IMG/VR virus record: IMGVR_UViG_3300045988_149366
Span: 1-32,927 of that record
Strand: one strand, 5' to 3'
DNA: 32,927 bases
Source of the DNA: a virus
In this document: one piece after another, positions 16,414 through 25,302 of the stretch
Layout of the letters: each line of letters begins with the position of its first letter
Numbering within the stretch: position 1 is the first letter of the stretch
Notes under the pieces: model-generated
Database searches by the model: none
What the model was told of the DNA's origin: nothing
What the model saw: only the letters and a program-made list of their open reading frames with translations
Translations under genes and position numbers: made by a program

Positions 16414-16708
16414 AGTCGTGGAATTCTTCCGGCCTACCAGTGAGGGGCGCACAACGCCTGTGTTGAGTACTAGCGCGCTCGTCGCACCAGTGTCACGCAC
16501 AGACCAGGATACGCCGGTCTCTACTGGCGTGACTGTCGCGTACGACATTTACGCGCGGTCGCGTACACCAACCGGCGTGCGTGAGGGCGATGTTGCGGTG
16601 GTGCGCGGGCAGCGCCTCCTCGTCGTGAGCGAGCCTGCCGTGTGGCACCGCAAACGCGGTGGCGGGCACGTCGGTGACGTGATCAGCGTCGGTTGGAAGA
16701 AGGGCTGA
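16406..16708 (+). CDS. head closure / head-tail joining protein
   Basis: GTG 16406 is in frame with track ORF 16334..16708, with GGGAG 8 nt upstream. About 100 aa, synteny-based call. Confidence 0.5.
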   Translation: MSEVVEFFRPTSEGRTTPVLSTSALVAPVSRTDQDTPVSTGVTVAYDIYARSRTPTGVREGDVAVVRGQRLLVVSEPAVWHRKRGGGHVGDVISVGWKKG

Positions 16709-16711
16709 GCG

Positions 16712-16945
16712 GTGGGGCGAACAAAGTTTGTTTTCAACCGCCGCGAGTTCTCCCAGCAGGTGTTGAAGAGCCGCGCGATTCAACGCAAGTGTCACGAGGG
16801 GCTGGAAGTAGCCAGCGGCGGGCGCTCCTACGTGTTCGTGCGTGATCAAACCCAAGGCAAGACGAGAAACGGGGCTGTAGCCATCACGAACGCTGGCAAC
16901 CGTGGCGTCCTGCAAGAAATTCTCGCGAATACGAGGGTCACATGA
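16712..16945 (+). CDS. hypothetical neck/tail-joining protein
   Basis: Track ORF, GTG start, fits between connector genes. Confidence 0.45.
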   Translation: MGRTKFVFNRREFSQQVLKSRAIQRKCHEGLEVASGGRSYVFVRDQTQGKTRNGAVAITNAGNRGVLQEILANTRVT

Positions 16946-17325
16946 TTCCCTATGTTTCAACACGCAAGCTGGCTCACGAGCTTGTCGCCCTGCTTGGCAA
17001 GCGGCTCGACGGCGTGATGGTCGCTGAGCATACTCCGCGCCTTGACGCGCCATACAAGCTGCTCGTCATTGAGCCTGTCCCCTCCAGCAGCATCACCGCT
17101 GTGACTCGGTATGTGCGTCTCCAGCTCACAGTCTCGGTCATCACGGAAGCGCTGACCGGTGACTTTAACGAGGCTGCTGAAATCTTCGACGACGCGTGCA
17201 ATGTCCTTGCAGCCTGCCCTGGCAGGATCGTGCACTGCGAAGTCGATTCTGGCCCCATTCGCACGCCCGACAGTAACGGTGCGATAGCAGCGTACGGGGT
17301 TCTTCTACTACACGTGACCAACTAA
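16942..17325 (+). CDS. tail terminator / tail completion protein
   Basis: 127 aa immediately upstream of the major tail protein; ATGA overlap with the upstream gene; synteny-based call. Confidence 0.5.
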   Translation: MIPYVSTRKLAHELVALLGKRLDGVMVAEHTPRLDAPYKLLVIEPVPSSSITAVTRYVRLQLTVSVITEALTGDFNEAAEIFDDACNVLAACPGRIVHCEVDSGPIRTPDSNGAIAAYGVLLLHVTN

Positions 17326-17343
17326 CCCGTCTATTGAAAGGAC

Positions 17344-17970
17344 ATGACAATGTCTGAAACTGATTACATCACTGAGATGAATGATGCTGACCGCGCGAAA
17401 GTCATCAAGCAGTACGCACTGTTCCTGTTCCCTAAGGGCACTCTCACCGGGAGCACAGTCCCCACGTCGAAGAAGTGGACCCCGCCCGCGGGGAAAGAGC
17501 CCATCGGCTATTCCACTGAAGACGGGGCTGTCCTACACCCCGAGTCAGGTGAGGAAACAGAGCTGAAGGGGCATAACGGGGACGTGATTGTCTCCGAATC
17601 GACTGGCGGGTATTGGACGCTGCAACTGGCTGGCGTGGAGTGCCGTCGTGAGGTCGCTGCCGCATATTTCGGCGTGCAGGCTGATAGTGAGGGCGCGATC
17701 CATGTTGATGACGCGTCCAACTCTGCTGAGTGGGAACTTGTGCTCGCCGCTCTCGACCACAAGGGGCGTCCGATGGTGCTGTACGTGCCGTCTTCCAGCG
17801 TCGGTGATCGTGATGACGTGTCGTTGAAGTACACGGAAATGATTTCGATGAGCTTGACGTTCAAGATGAAGCGCCTGCCGGGCAAGCACATGTTCTCCCT
17901 GTTCGGCTTCGTTGAAGATGGTGCAACAGGCACACCATCAGCTGCTTCTACTGGCAGTGAGGAAAAGTGA
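17344..17970 (+). CDS. major tail protein
   Basis: 208 aa between the neck genes and the chaperone pair. The AAAGGA spacing favours ATG 17350 over 17344. Confidence 0.7.
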   Translation: MTMSETDYITEMNDADRAKVIKQYALFLFPKGTLTGSTVPTSKKWTPPAGKEPIGYSTEDGAVLHPESGEETELKGHNGDVIVSESTGGYWTLQLAGVECRREVAAAYFGVQADSEGAIHVDDASNSAEWELVLAALDHKGRPMVLYVPSSSVGDRDDVSLKYTEMISMSLTFKMKRLPGKHMFSLFGFVEDGATGTPSAASTGSEEK

Positions 17971-18347
17971 TGGCAGAGACGACTTACACGCCTGTCGAGG
18001 TCGCCCTCGACACGACCGACGAGCTGGAAGACGTCCACCTGGACGTCCTGGGAGTGAAACTGGACCTGCCTAACTTGAACTCGTCGAACCTGCCTATCGA
18101 GCTCGTGCAGGCCGTGTTCCTCGCGAAGTCGAAGCCGCTGCGCAGTGAGGCGGATGATGCGCATATTACCAGCGTGTTTCTCGCGTACTTCGAGGCAATG
18201 CAACCCAACTTTTGGAACGCGTTGCGCACGAGCGACAACCCGCTGGCCTACTTGGCTGCGACCGTGCAGACGTGGGCGGAGCAGTCCGAGTTGGACCCAA
18301 AAGCGCTTTCCTCCTCGTTCTCTACCAGGACCACAGGCACGCGCTGA
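17967..18347 (+). CDS. tail assembly chaperone (gpG-like, zero-frame product)
   Basis: Acidic 126-aa ORF directly upstream of the tape measure gene. It contains the slippery heptamer near its 3' end. Confidence 0.75.
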   Translation: MMAETTYTPVEVALDTTDELEDVHLDVLGVKLDLPNLNSSNLPIELVQAVFLAKSKPLRSEADDAHITSVFLAYFEAMQPNFWNALRTSDNPLAYLAATVQTWAEQSELDPKALSSSFSTRTTGTR

Positions 18348-18709
18348 CAGTCGATTGGCTGGCAGCGTTCGGCCTCGTGTGGCAGCCATTGCGGTGGGAC
18401 GAATGGGCTCATGGGAAAAACCGGTGCGCGATCAGTTTTGGTGGCGCGTGGGAAGCCACCAGGCAGATTCTCATGGACCATTCGTCCCACTCGTGGACGG
18501 CTCTTACCGGCGCGTGGTACATCCCAACGGGCGCGGAAGCAGTGTTCTGGTATCAGGCAGCGGCAGAAAAACGTATCAAAGGAAGGCCCGTGTCATACAG
18601 GCCGTGGCTAGAAACGCGCCTTGACCCGTTCGCCCGGGTGAAAAGCATGAAAGTCAGCGCGGAAACGCTGCAGGCGCGCGAACGTTTGCATGAGGTTTTC
18701 AACTTCTAG
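17967..18709 (+). CDS. tail assembly chaperone G-T fusion made by -1 programmed frameshift; join(17967..18302,18302..18709)
   Basis: C-CCA-AAA at 18296-18302 in the zero frame. The -1 frame continues ...KSAFLLVLYQDHRHALTVDWLAAFG..., which equals track ORF 18212..18709, ending 22 nt before the tape measure start. Confidence 0.7.
18296..18302 (+). promoter_or_regulatory. -1 ribosomal frameshift slippery heptamer CCCAAAA
   Basis: X_XXY_YYZ pattern in phase with 17967..18347 (codons GAC CCA AAA). Confidence 0.65.
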
Positions 18710-18731
18710 AGAGACAGGGGGGTTGGTGTAG

Positions 18732-21674
18732 GTGGCTCAAGATGTCGGCACCGTATACGTGCAGGTAGTCCCCTCAGGCAGGGGCTTCGGCAAGTCGATT
18801 GAGGGCACGGTCGACCAGTCCGTGCAGCGCGGCTCCAAGACCGGGTTCTCCGGGCTGGCCAAGCGTGCTGGCGGAGCGTTCAAGACCGTTGGCAGTTTGG
18901 GGCTTGGCGCTATTACCGCTATCGGCGGTGGGCTGGCTGGGCTTGCAGGCAAAGGCGGTTTTGAGCGCGCGCTGAACATTGAGCGGGCGCAAGCCAAGCT
19001 GAAAGGCTTAGGGCACGACACCAATTCCGTGTCAACCATCATGAAAAGCGCGTTGGACTCCGTGAAAGGCACCGCCTACGGGCTGGGTGACGCGGCAACA
19101 GTGGCGGCCTCACTGTCCGCCGCAGGCGTGCAGTCCGGCGCGCACATGACGAAAGTTCTCAAAACTGTTGCCGACACGGCGCAAATCTCAGGCCGCTCCC
19201 TGAACGACATTGGCACGATCTTCGGGTCGGTCGCTGCGCGCGGAAAACTCCAAGGCGACGACATGCTCCAACTCATGTCCTCCGGGATCCCTGTCCTCGC
19301 CATGCTCGGAAAGCACCTGGGCAAGACGTCCGGGGAAATCTCCGACATGGTCAGCAAGGGGCAGATCGACTTCCAGACGTTCGCTGACGCTATGGAAGAA
19401 GGCATGGGCGGTGCCGCTCTCAAGGCCGGTGAAACATTCGACGGCGCCATGGCGAACGTGCGAGCAGCCCTATCCCGCACTGGCGAGAAGTTCGCAACCC
19501 CAGTCATGAACGGGCTAAGAGACCTGGCAAACAAGGCGATCCCTGTCATCGATAACCTCACCGGAGCGCTCCAACCATTGGTCGACGGGTTTGGCGACAA
19601 GCTCGCTCAGGCTGTGGAGTGGGCGTCAGGAAAGCTTGACGCGTTCAACCAGTCTCTCGAAGATGGGTCATTCAACGCCGGGGAAGTTGCTGGGAGACTG
19701 GCTCAGGCTGCTGGCGGGTTCGCCGCGCTCACGTTCGGTGGAGACATCTTGAAGAATGCTCCCTCGTGGTCGAAAATGTTCAGCCCGCTCGATGACATTC
19801 CCGGCAGGCTGTCGACCAGCACCCAGTCAATCGGAGACGCGCTCTCCTCGTTCAGTGAGGACCTGTCAGTGCGCTGGCAGTACGTCAAGGACGCTTTCTC
19901 CCATGTTGGCGACATTGGCAAAGACCTATTCAAAGTCGACGCTATCAAGCAGGCTCTGGCGGATAAGGGAAGTCAGATCGGTGAAGCGCTCAAAGGCATC
20001 GGCGGGAAAGCCAGTGAAGCCGTCTCAGGGCTTACAGGCAAGATCACCGGCGCGATTTCACCACTAGGCGAGAAGATTAGCGGCGCGTTCTCCCCCATCA
20101 CCAGTAAGATCAGTGACTTCGGCGGGAAGATCGGTTCAGCCCTGAGCCCTGTTAAGGACTCTCTCGCAAGCGCGTTCGGCGGGCTCGGCGAGGGGCTGCA
20201 AGGCCCCCTCGAAAAAGTTGGCGGCGTTATTGGGGACTTCTTCAAGCCAGGCCGCTTCCTCAAGTTCCTTTCATTCGGAACGCTCGCTGCTGGCTTGGTG
20301 GCTGGTCTTGGCGCGGTTGTCTCCAATGGAGGGGCTGAGCTGTTCGGCCAGATCAACCAGTTCGCCGCGCAACTGCCCGCAATGGTGCAAGGATTCGTCT
20401 CCCAGCTGGTGGCGAACATTCCGATGTTCATTCAGACCGGCACGCAGGTTATTACGACACTGCTGGAAGCGATCATCAGTGCGCTCCCCACTCTCTTGTC
20501 TGGCGCGGGGCAGATCATTCAGTCACTGGTCACTGGCCTGTCGGCAGCGCTGCCCACGCTAATTCCGCTCGCAGTGCAGGCAGTGTTGACTCTCGTGCTG
20601 GGCTTGGTCCAGCAGATCCCGTTGCTCATCCAGTCTGGGCTCACGCTTCTGAAAGGCCTCGTTGATGGCGTGCTCAGTGCGCTCCCTATGCTCATTGAGA
20701 TGCTCCCGCAGATCATTAACACGCTGATTACTGGCATTGTGGAAGCGCTCCCGATGATCATTCAGACAGGCGTGGAGCTGTTGACCGCGCTGATTAACGG
20801 GATCGTGACTGCTATTCCCATGCTGATCGGAATGCTCCCGCAAGTCATCAACACGACTGTTACGACGTTGATCGATAATCTTCCACTGATTATTAACGCT
20901 GGTATTCAGTTGTTGACCGCGCTGATTTCTGGTCTCGTGCAAGCGATCCCCGCGCTGATCTCGATGGTTCCGCAAATCATTACGACCATTGTGACAGTGC
21001 TTGCCCAGAACTTCCCGCGTCTTCTGCAGGCCGGTATTCAGGCCATTGGGCAGATCATCAGTGGCTTGGTGAACGCGCTGCCTGGAGTGCTCAGCAAGGC
21101 GAAAGAGATTCCGTCGATGCTCATGAATGGGATTGGGAATGCTGGGCGGATGCTCTTTGACTCTGGTAAAGCGATCATCAGCGGCCTGATCGATGGTATC
21201 GGCAGCATGGTCAGCGGAGTGAAGAACGCGGTGTCGAACGTGCTGTCTGCGGCGCGTAACCTCCTGCCGTTCTCCCCCGCGAAAGAGGGACCGTTCTCCG
21301 GTAGAGGGTGGACTCTGTACTCTGGCCGATCAATCGTTGAAGCGCTTGCGACTGGCGTCACGCAGCGGTCGAAAGTGTTCACTGACGCGGTGGAGTCAAC
21401 GCTTGCCGACGGTAGGCAGCGGATCGCCTCATCGGGCGAGTTTGGGCGCGGGTTTAGTCAGGCGCTGAAAGCCGGGTGGGACGACGCGCAGCGCGGATTC
21501 ACTCCCCAATCGTTGAGCTTCCACGCGTCCGGAGCATTGGCATCCGTCATGAATGTTGCTGGCCAGCAGGCTGACGTGGTGGAGCAGTTGCGCGCGCTCC
21601 GAGAGGAAATGCCGGTCAACATTGCCAGGTACACGCCGGTGATGAGCGCGCGCGACCTCGCGAGAATCAAATAA
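18732..21674 (+). CDS. tape measure protein
   Basis: 980 aa, N-terminal VGTVYVQVVPSGRGFGKS motif, and long hydrophobic/helical periodic repeats. Confidence 0.9.
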   Translation: MAQDVGTVYVQVVPSGRGFGKSIEGTVDQSVQRGSKTGFSGLAKRAGGAFKTVGSLGLGAITAIGGGLAGLAGKGGFERALNIERAQAKLKGLGHDTNSVSTIMKSALDSVKGTAYGLGDAATVAASLSAAGVQSGAHMTKVLKTVADTAQISGRSLNDIGTIFGSVAARGKLQGDDMLQLMSSGIPVLAMLGKHLGKTSGEISDMVSKGQIDFQTFADAMEEGMGGAALKAGETFDGAMANVRAALSRTGEKFATPVMNGLRDLANKAIPVIDNLTGALQPLVDGFGDKLAQAVEWASGKLDAFNQSLEDGSFNAGEVAGRLAQAAGGFAALTFGGDILKNAPSWSKMFSPLDDIPGRLSTSTQSIGDALSSFSEDLSVRWQYVKDAFSHVGDIGKDLFKVDAIKQALADKGSQIGEALKGIGGKASEAVSGLTGKITGAISPLGEKISGAFSPITSKISDFGGKIGSALSPVKDSLASAFGGLGEGLQGPLEKVGGVIGDFFKPGRFLKFLSFGTLAAGLVAGLGAVVSNGGAELFGQINQFAAQLPAMVQGFVSQLVANIPMFIQTGTQVITTLLEAIISALPTLLSGAGQIIQSLVTGLSAALPTLIPLAVQAVLTLVLGLVQQIPLLIQSGLTLLKGLVDGVLSALPMLIEMLPQIINTLITGIVEALPMIIQTGVELLTALINGIVTAIPMLIGMLPQVINTTVTTLIDNLPLIINAGIQLLTALISGLVQAIPALISMVPQIITTIVTVLAQNFPRLLQAGIQAIGQIISGLVNALPGVLSKAKEIPSMLMNGIGNAGRMLFDSGKAIISGLIDGIGSMVSGVKNAVSNVLSAARNLLPFSPAKEGPFSGRGWTLYSGRSIVEALATGVTQRSKVFTDAVESTLADGRQRIASSGEFGRGFSQALKAGWDDAQRGFTPQSLSFHASGALASVMNVAGQQADVVEQLRALREEMPVNIARYTPVMSARDLARIK
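20480..21090 (+). repeat. in-frame ~22-aa (66-nt) periodic repeats within the tape measure gene
   Basis: ALPMLIEMLPQIINTLITGIVE / ALPMIIQTGVELLTALINGIVT / AIPMLIGMLPQVINTTVTTLIDN / LPLIINAGIQLLTALISGLVQ / AIPALISMVPQIITTIVTVLAQN ... Confidence 0.7.
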
Positions 21675-21689
21675 TGCAGGAGGGTTTAG

Positions 21690-22529
21690 GTGGAGTCAAT
21701 CAAGTTGACGTTCGGAACCGCGTTTAACCCTGAGGTTTTCAGCCTGTCGGGCGATCAAGGCCTGTACGCGCAAACCGCAACCACGATACGCGGATACGCT
21801 TCCGACTACGAGCTCACAGGTCATGGAATCTCCGCACTAACGCGGCCAGCACGAGAAATCCAACTGGAAGTGAAAACACACGCGGAGCAGGGAGTGCGTT
21901 CGCTCAAGCGGTTGATGCGCGCCGCTTCAACCCAGCTTGACGAGGCTCCCGCTCTGGTCACGATTGACAGGTGGATGCAGCACTGCCAGATCCCCACCAT
22001 TGAGGTCACCGAAGTCACCCCACGGTTTTCGACCGCCACCCTGACACTCGCCCTTCTTGACGGCTGGTGGATGCTGGAAGGGGAAACCGTGTCGATCGTC
22101 CGCACTGAGCAAACTGACGTGGCGCTCGACCACGACTATGACCACGAGTATGACCTCGCTGGTGTCGCCTCCATCGAACGGATTGGGGCGGATGAAAACA
22201 CTCTAGATGCTGTCGATGTGCTCATGAGGCTGCGTATCTTCGGGCCGTGCGCAAACCCGACGGTACAGATCGGGGACAACCGGTTCCAGGTCATGACGGA
22301 AGTCCCTGCGGACGGATATCTGACGGTCGACCCGCTTTCACGAACGGTGCTGGTTACCGCGTCTAACGGTGTGGAAACGGACGTTTTCCCGAAAGCTGTT
22401 AGAGGAGAAGGGTTGGATCGCGGTGAGTACATTTTCCAGCCGCTTCCACCGCGAGCACTCGAAGTGTCGTACCCGGGCGCGTTTGATTTTGACGTGACAC
22501 CGATTTATCGGAGGCAGCACGCATGGTGA
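21690..22529 (+). CDS. distal tail protein (Dit-like)
   Basis: 279 aa immediately after the tape measure gene; GGAGGG RBS; GTG start. Confidence 0.65.
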   Translation: MESIKLTFGTAFNPEVFSLSGDQGLYAQTATTIRGYASDYELTGHGISALTRPAREIQLEVKTHAEQGVRSLKRLMRAASTQLDEAPALVTIDRWMQHCQIPTIEVTEVTPRFSTATLTLALLDGWWMLEGETVSIVRTEQTDVALDHDYDHEYDLAGVASIERIGADENTLDAVDVLMRLRIFGPCANPTVQIGDNRFQVMTEVPADGYLTVDPLSRTVLVTASNGVETDVFPKAVRGEGLDRGEYIFQPLPPRALEVSYPGAFDFDVTPIYRRQHAW

Positions 22530-24040
22530 CGTATCGCGAAACTGTCCCCCTCGTTGTCGCATCCCAGCAGCTCACCCCGATCATGGAGTTGACACAGTAC
22601 ACGCTGGATCTTGCCTACGGGACGTCAGAAAACAACTTCGAACTGACAACTGGTGTTCACCTACCTGCCGGGAGTCTGGTGTGGATGGATGGCACGCCTT
22701 ACGGCGGGATTATCGACCAGGTGAAAACGTCAACAAGCACGCCAGGAATGTACGAGTATGCGGGGAGAACGTGGACAGGCGTGCTGGAGACGCGCATCAT
22801 TGCGCCGCCCATGGGTGCCGACTATTTGACCCTTTCAGGAGACGTCGCAGCTATTGTCAGGAAACTGGTTGACACGGCTGGCCTGTCCAGCCTCCTAACC
22901 GTGAGTACAGCACCTGTTGGGCGGTCTGTGTCCGCCTGGCAGTTCGACCGGTACATCACGCTGCACGCAGGAATCCAGAAGCTGCTGGACCGCACGTCAA
23001 CAAAGCTCGTTATCATGTGCGCGGACAACCAGGTGAGCCTGACTGTGAAGCCGTCTGCTATTCATCAGGTGGTGAGTGAGCGCGCACGGTTCACCGCCGC
23101 ACATGACAGTGCTGGTGTCAACCATTTAATCGGCCTTGGTAAAGGCGAGCTCAGGGCACGCGAAATTGTTCACCGCTATGCGGACGCTAACGGTAAGGTG
23201 TCCGCGCGGCAGAGCCTGACTGGCATACGCGAAGTGCAAGCAACCTACGAACTGTCGAACAAGAGCGGCGCAGAACTGACTGCTGGCGTGGAGAAGAAAC
23301 TCGCAGAGTTGGCTGGCGGCGCGACTAGCGTTGATCTGGAGATCATCGGGGACGCCGCTGACATTGATGTGGGCGACACTGTGACCGCTACCGATGATGC
23401 GACGGGTATCCGTGCTACTGCCCGCGTGGTCAAGAAAATCGTGAAAGTGTCCAATAGTGGTGTCATCACCGTGTCCGTGGACGTCGGCGAAGGCGAATCA
23501 GCTCAATCTTCCACAACCAGAAGCGACGGTAGCGGTGAGCGGGCAGGAAGCGTCTCATACACGGCTGGCCGAGGCATCACAATCACTGGGAACCGCATCG
23601 ACGCGGACGTAGCTGCAGCCGATTTGAAAAATCTGAAAGGCGACAAGGGCGACCCCGGCAGCGCTGCGTCAATCGAAATCGGGGCGACAACCACAGGCCC
23701 TGCTGGGTCTGACGCATACGTCGAAAACGTGGGGTCAGCAACATCAGCAGTCCTACGCTTCACAATCCCGACAGGCCCGCAAGGCCCCACAGGTGCGCGC
23801 GGCCCCGTAGGCCCACGTGGTGGTACAGGTCCTGTAGGACCGCAAGGCCCTCAAGGCGATCCGGGGCCGCAAGGTCCTCCTGGTGATGCCAGCGACACGG
23901 CAACCATTTTCACAGCCTGCTACCCGGTGGGCGCGCTATTCCACACGACTCGAAACACTAATCCGTCAACGTACGCGCCCGGAACCGCGTGGAGCTTGCG
24001 CGACTCGCTGAACGGGTTTCTATGGGAAAGGAGAAGCTAA
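22523..24040 (+). CDS. tail-tip / minor tail protein with collagen-like C-terminal region
   Basis: 505 aa after Dit. G-X-Y repeats lie near the C-terminus, followed by a short globular tail. Confidence 0.7.
   Translation: MVTYRETVPLVVASQQLTPIMELTQYTLDLAYGTSENNFELTTGVHLPAGSLVWMDGTPYGGIIDQVKTSTSTPGMYEYAGRTWTGVLETRIIAPPMGADYLTLSGDVAAIVRKLVDTAGLSSLLTVSTAPVGRSVSAWQFDRYITLHAGIQKLLDRTSTKLVIMCADNQVSLTVKPSAIHQVVSERARFTAAHDSAGVNHLIGLGKGELRAREIVHRYADANGKVSARQSLTGIREVQATYELSNKSGAELTAGVEKKLAELAGGATSVDLEIIGDAADIDVGDTVTATDDATGIRATARVVKKIVKVSNSGVITVSVDVGEGESAQSSTTRSDGSGERAGSVSYTAGRGITITGNRIDADVAAADLKNLKGDKGDPGSAASIEIGATTTGPAGSDAYVENVGSATSAVLRFTIPTGPQGPTGARGPVGPRGGTGPVGPQGPQGDPGPQGPPGDASDTATIFTACYPVGALFHTTRNTNPSTYAPGTAWSLRDSLNGFLWERRS
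23774..23887 (+). repeat. collagen-like G-X-Y triplet repeat (about 12 triplets)
   Basis: GPQGPTGARGPVGPRGGTGPVGPQGPQGDPGPQGPPGD, read from the translation. Confidence 0.9.
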
Positions 24041-24273
24041 TGCGCACGACTGACCTTACGCGCTACACATGTGACCGCTGCCAGACAAGTGCGATTATCG
24101 CGAAGGGGGATCCTGCGAAAAACTGGCATGACATTCGCCGGTGGGATGCTGCTGACGTGGAGTCCTACAAGCTGCTGTGCGAGGCGTGCTTCAAGGCGTG
24201 GAAACCGCTGCAGCAGCGGCATGACATCGAGTTCCAACAGTTTATGACCACGGTGAGCATTGAAGGAGAGTGA
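24040..24273 (+). CDS. small CxxC...CxxC zinc-ribbon-like protein within the tail-fibre module
   Basis: ATG 24040 (TAATG overlap) after GGAGAAG, in frame with track ORF 23989..24273. Motifs CDRC and CEAC. Confidence 0.55.
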   Translation: MRTTDLTRYTCDRCQTSAIIAKGDPAKNWHDIRRWDAADVESYKLLCEACFKAWKPLQQRHDIEFQQFMTTVSIEGE

Positions 24274-25121
24274 TCATTATGGCAATGGAGCTAGTGACCG
24301 GAAAAGCTGGTGTCCCGCATATCTCATCTGAAGACATCGGCGCGTACCAGGCAGCAGTGTCAGGAACCGGCGTTATCCAGTTGCAAAACTACAATGGCAC
24401 GTTCCCCGAGGTGACCTTACAGAACGCGAACAAGGTGACTGTCCCACCGATGATGCTCCTGCTGGACGGGCGGTTCGTACGTATTACTGCTGCGGAGACT
24501 GTGACGATCCAGTCGGGCTCGTCGGGCTATAAGCGTCGAGACTTGATTTGCGTACGCTATTCGCGCGACTCCAGTAGCGGCGTCGAATCAGTCACGTTGA
24601 CTGCCGTGCGGGGAACGTCAACCAGTGGAACGCCTTCAACTCCGTCTGTATCTGGCTCGATCATCAGGGGATCTAGCGTTGCGACGTACCCTATTGCGAG
24701 CGTGGACATCGACGGGATCACGCCAAAACAGCCAGTCATGCTGGTGCAGAAGATTCCTTCTACAGGGGACGTTCTTACGCAGATCGATGCTCTGAGTCCG
24801 CAGCGTAGTGAAGTGAGTGTTGGCGGAGCATGGAAGAGCGACCCGGGTTTAGGTGGATTCACCATTCATAAGACTGGAGACCACGTGGTCTTCCAGGGCG
24901 CGCTGCGTCTCGTCAACGGGTGGGACGGCAAGGGGACAAGCCTCATTTGCAATCTCGCCAGTGAGTTTTGGCCGAAAAAAGACCAAGTTTTCGCAATGGC
25001 GAACCGAGTGGGAACAGTGTACGTGCGCTCAGGCGGCCAGTTTGAGGTACATGGCGGAGATTCGGCATGGACAAAATGGGACTACATCCCACTCAACATG
25101 ATCAGCTATTGGACGGATTAG
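24270..25121 (+). CDS. minor tail / candidate receptor-binding protein
   Basis: 283 aa and the last structural gene before the terminator and lysis cassette. The start may be ATG 24279 (better spaced from AGGAGA). Confidence 0.55.
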   Translation: MIIMAMELVTGKAGVPHISSEDIGAYQAAVSGTGVIQLQNYNGTFPEVTLQNANKVTVPPMMLLLDGRFVRITAAETVTIQSGSSGYKRRDLICVRYSRDSSSGVESVTLTAVRGTSTSGTPSTPSVSGSIIRGSSVATYPIASVDIDGITPKQPVMLVQKIPSTGDVLTQIDALSPQRSEVSVGGAWKSDPGLGGFTIHKTGDHVVFQGALRLVNGWDGKGTSLICNLASEFWPKKDQVFAMANRVGTVYVRSGGQFEVHGGDSAWTKWDYIPLNMISYWTD

Positions 25122-25145
25122 CAGAACTGAAGAACAAGAAAACGG

Positions 25146-25177
25146 AGCCCGACAGTCACTGTCTGCCGGGCTTTTCT
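25146..25177 (+). terminator. rho-independent terminator after the tail genes
   Basis: AGCCCG (25146-25151) pairs with CGGGCT (25167-25172), with an inner ACAG/CTGT pairing, followed by TTTTCT. Confidence 0.55.
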
Positions 25178-25203
25178 CATGCCCATTTTTGAGGAGGAAA
25201 AAG

Positions 25204-25302
25204 GTGGACGGACAAGAAGAATTCGACGCGCTCATGGAGCACGGTGACACGGCGAATGACACTCCCGCAGACACTGCTGAGATCGTGGAGGTGGAATACT
25301 GA
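25204..25302 (+). CDS. 32-aa acidic peptide translationally coupled to the endolysin gene (below the track size cutoff)
   Basis: GAGGAGGAAAAAG then GTG 25204; MDGQEEFDALMEHGDTANDTPADTAEIVEVEY; its TGA overlaps the endolysin ATG (TGATG). Confidence 0.4.
   Translation: MDGQEEFDALMEHGDTANDTPADTAEIVEVEY

Noticed and set aside
17508-18389. 293-aa minus-strand ORF across the major tail and chaperone genes
   Set aside because: It is antisense to syntenic tail genes and to the frameshift pair. It has an Arg-rich translation.
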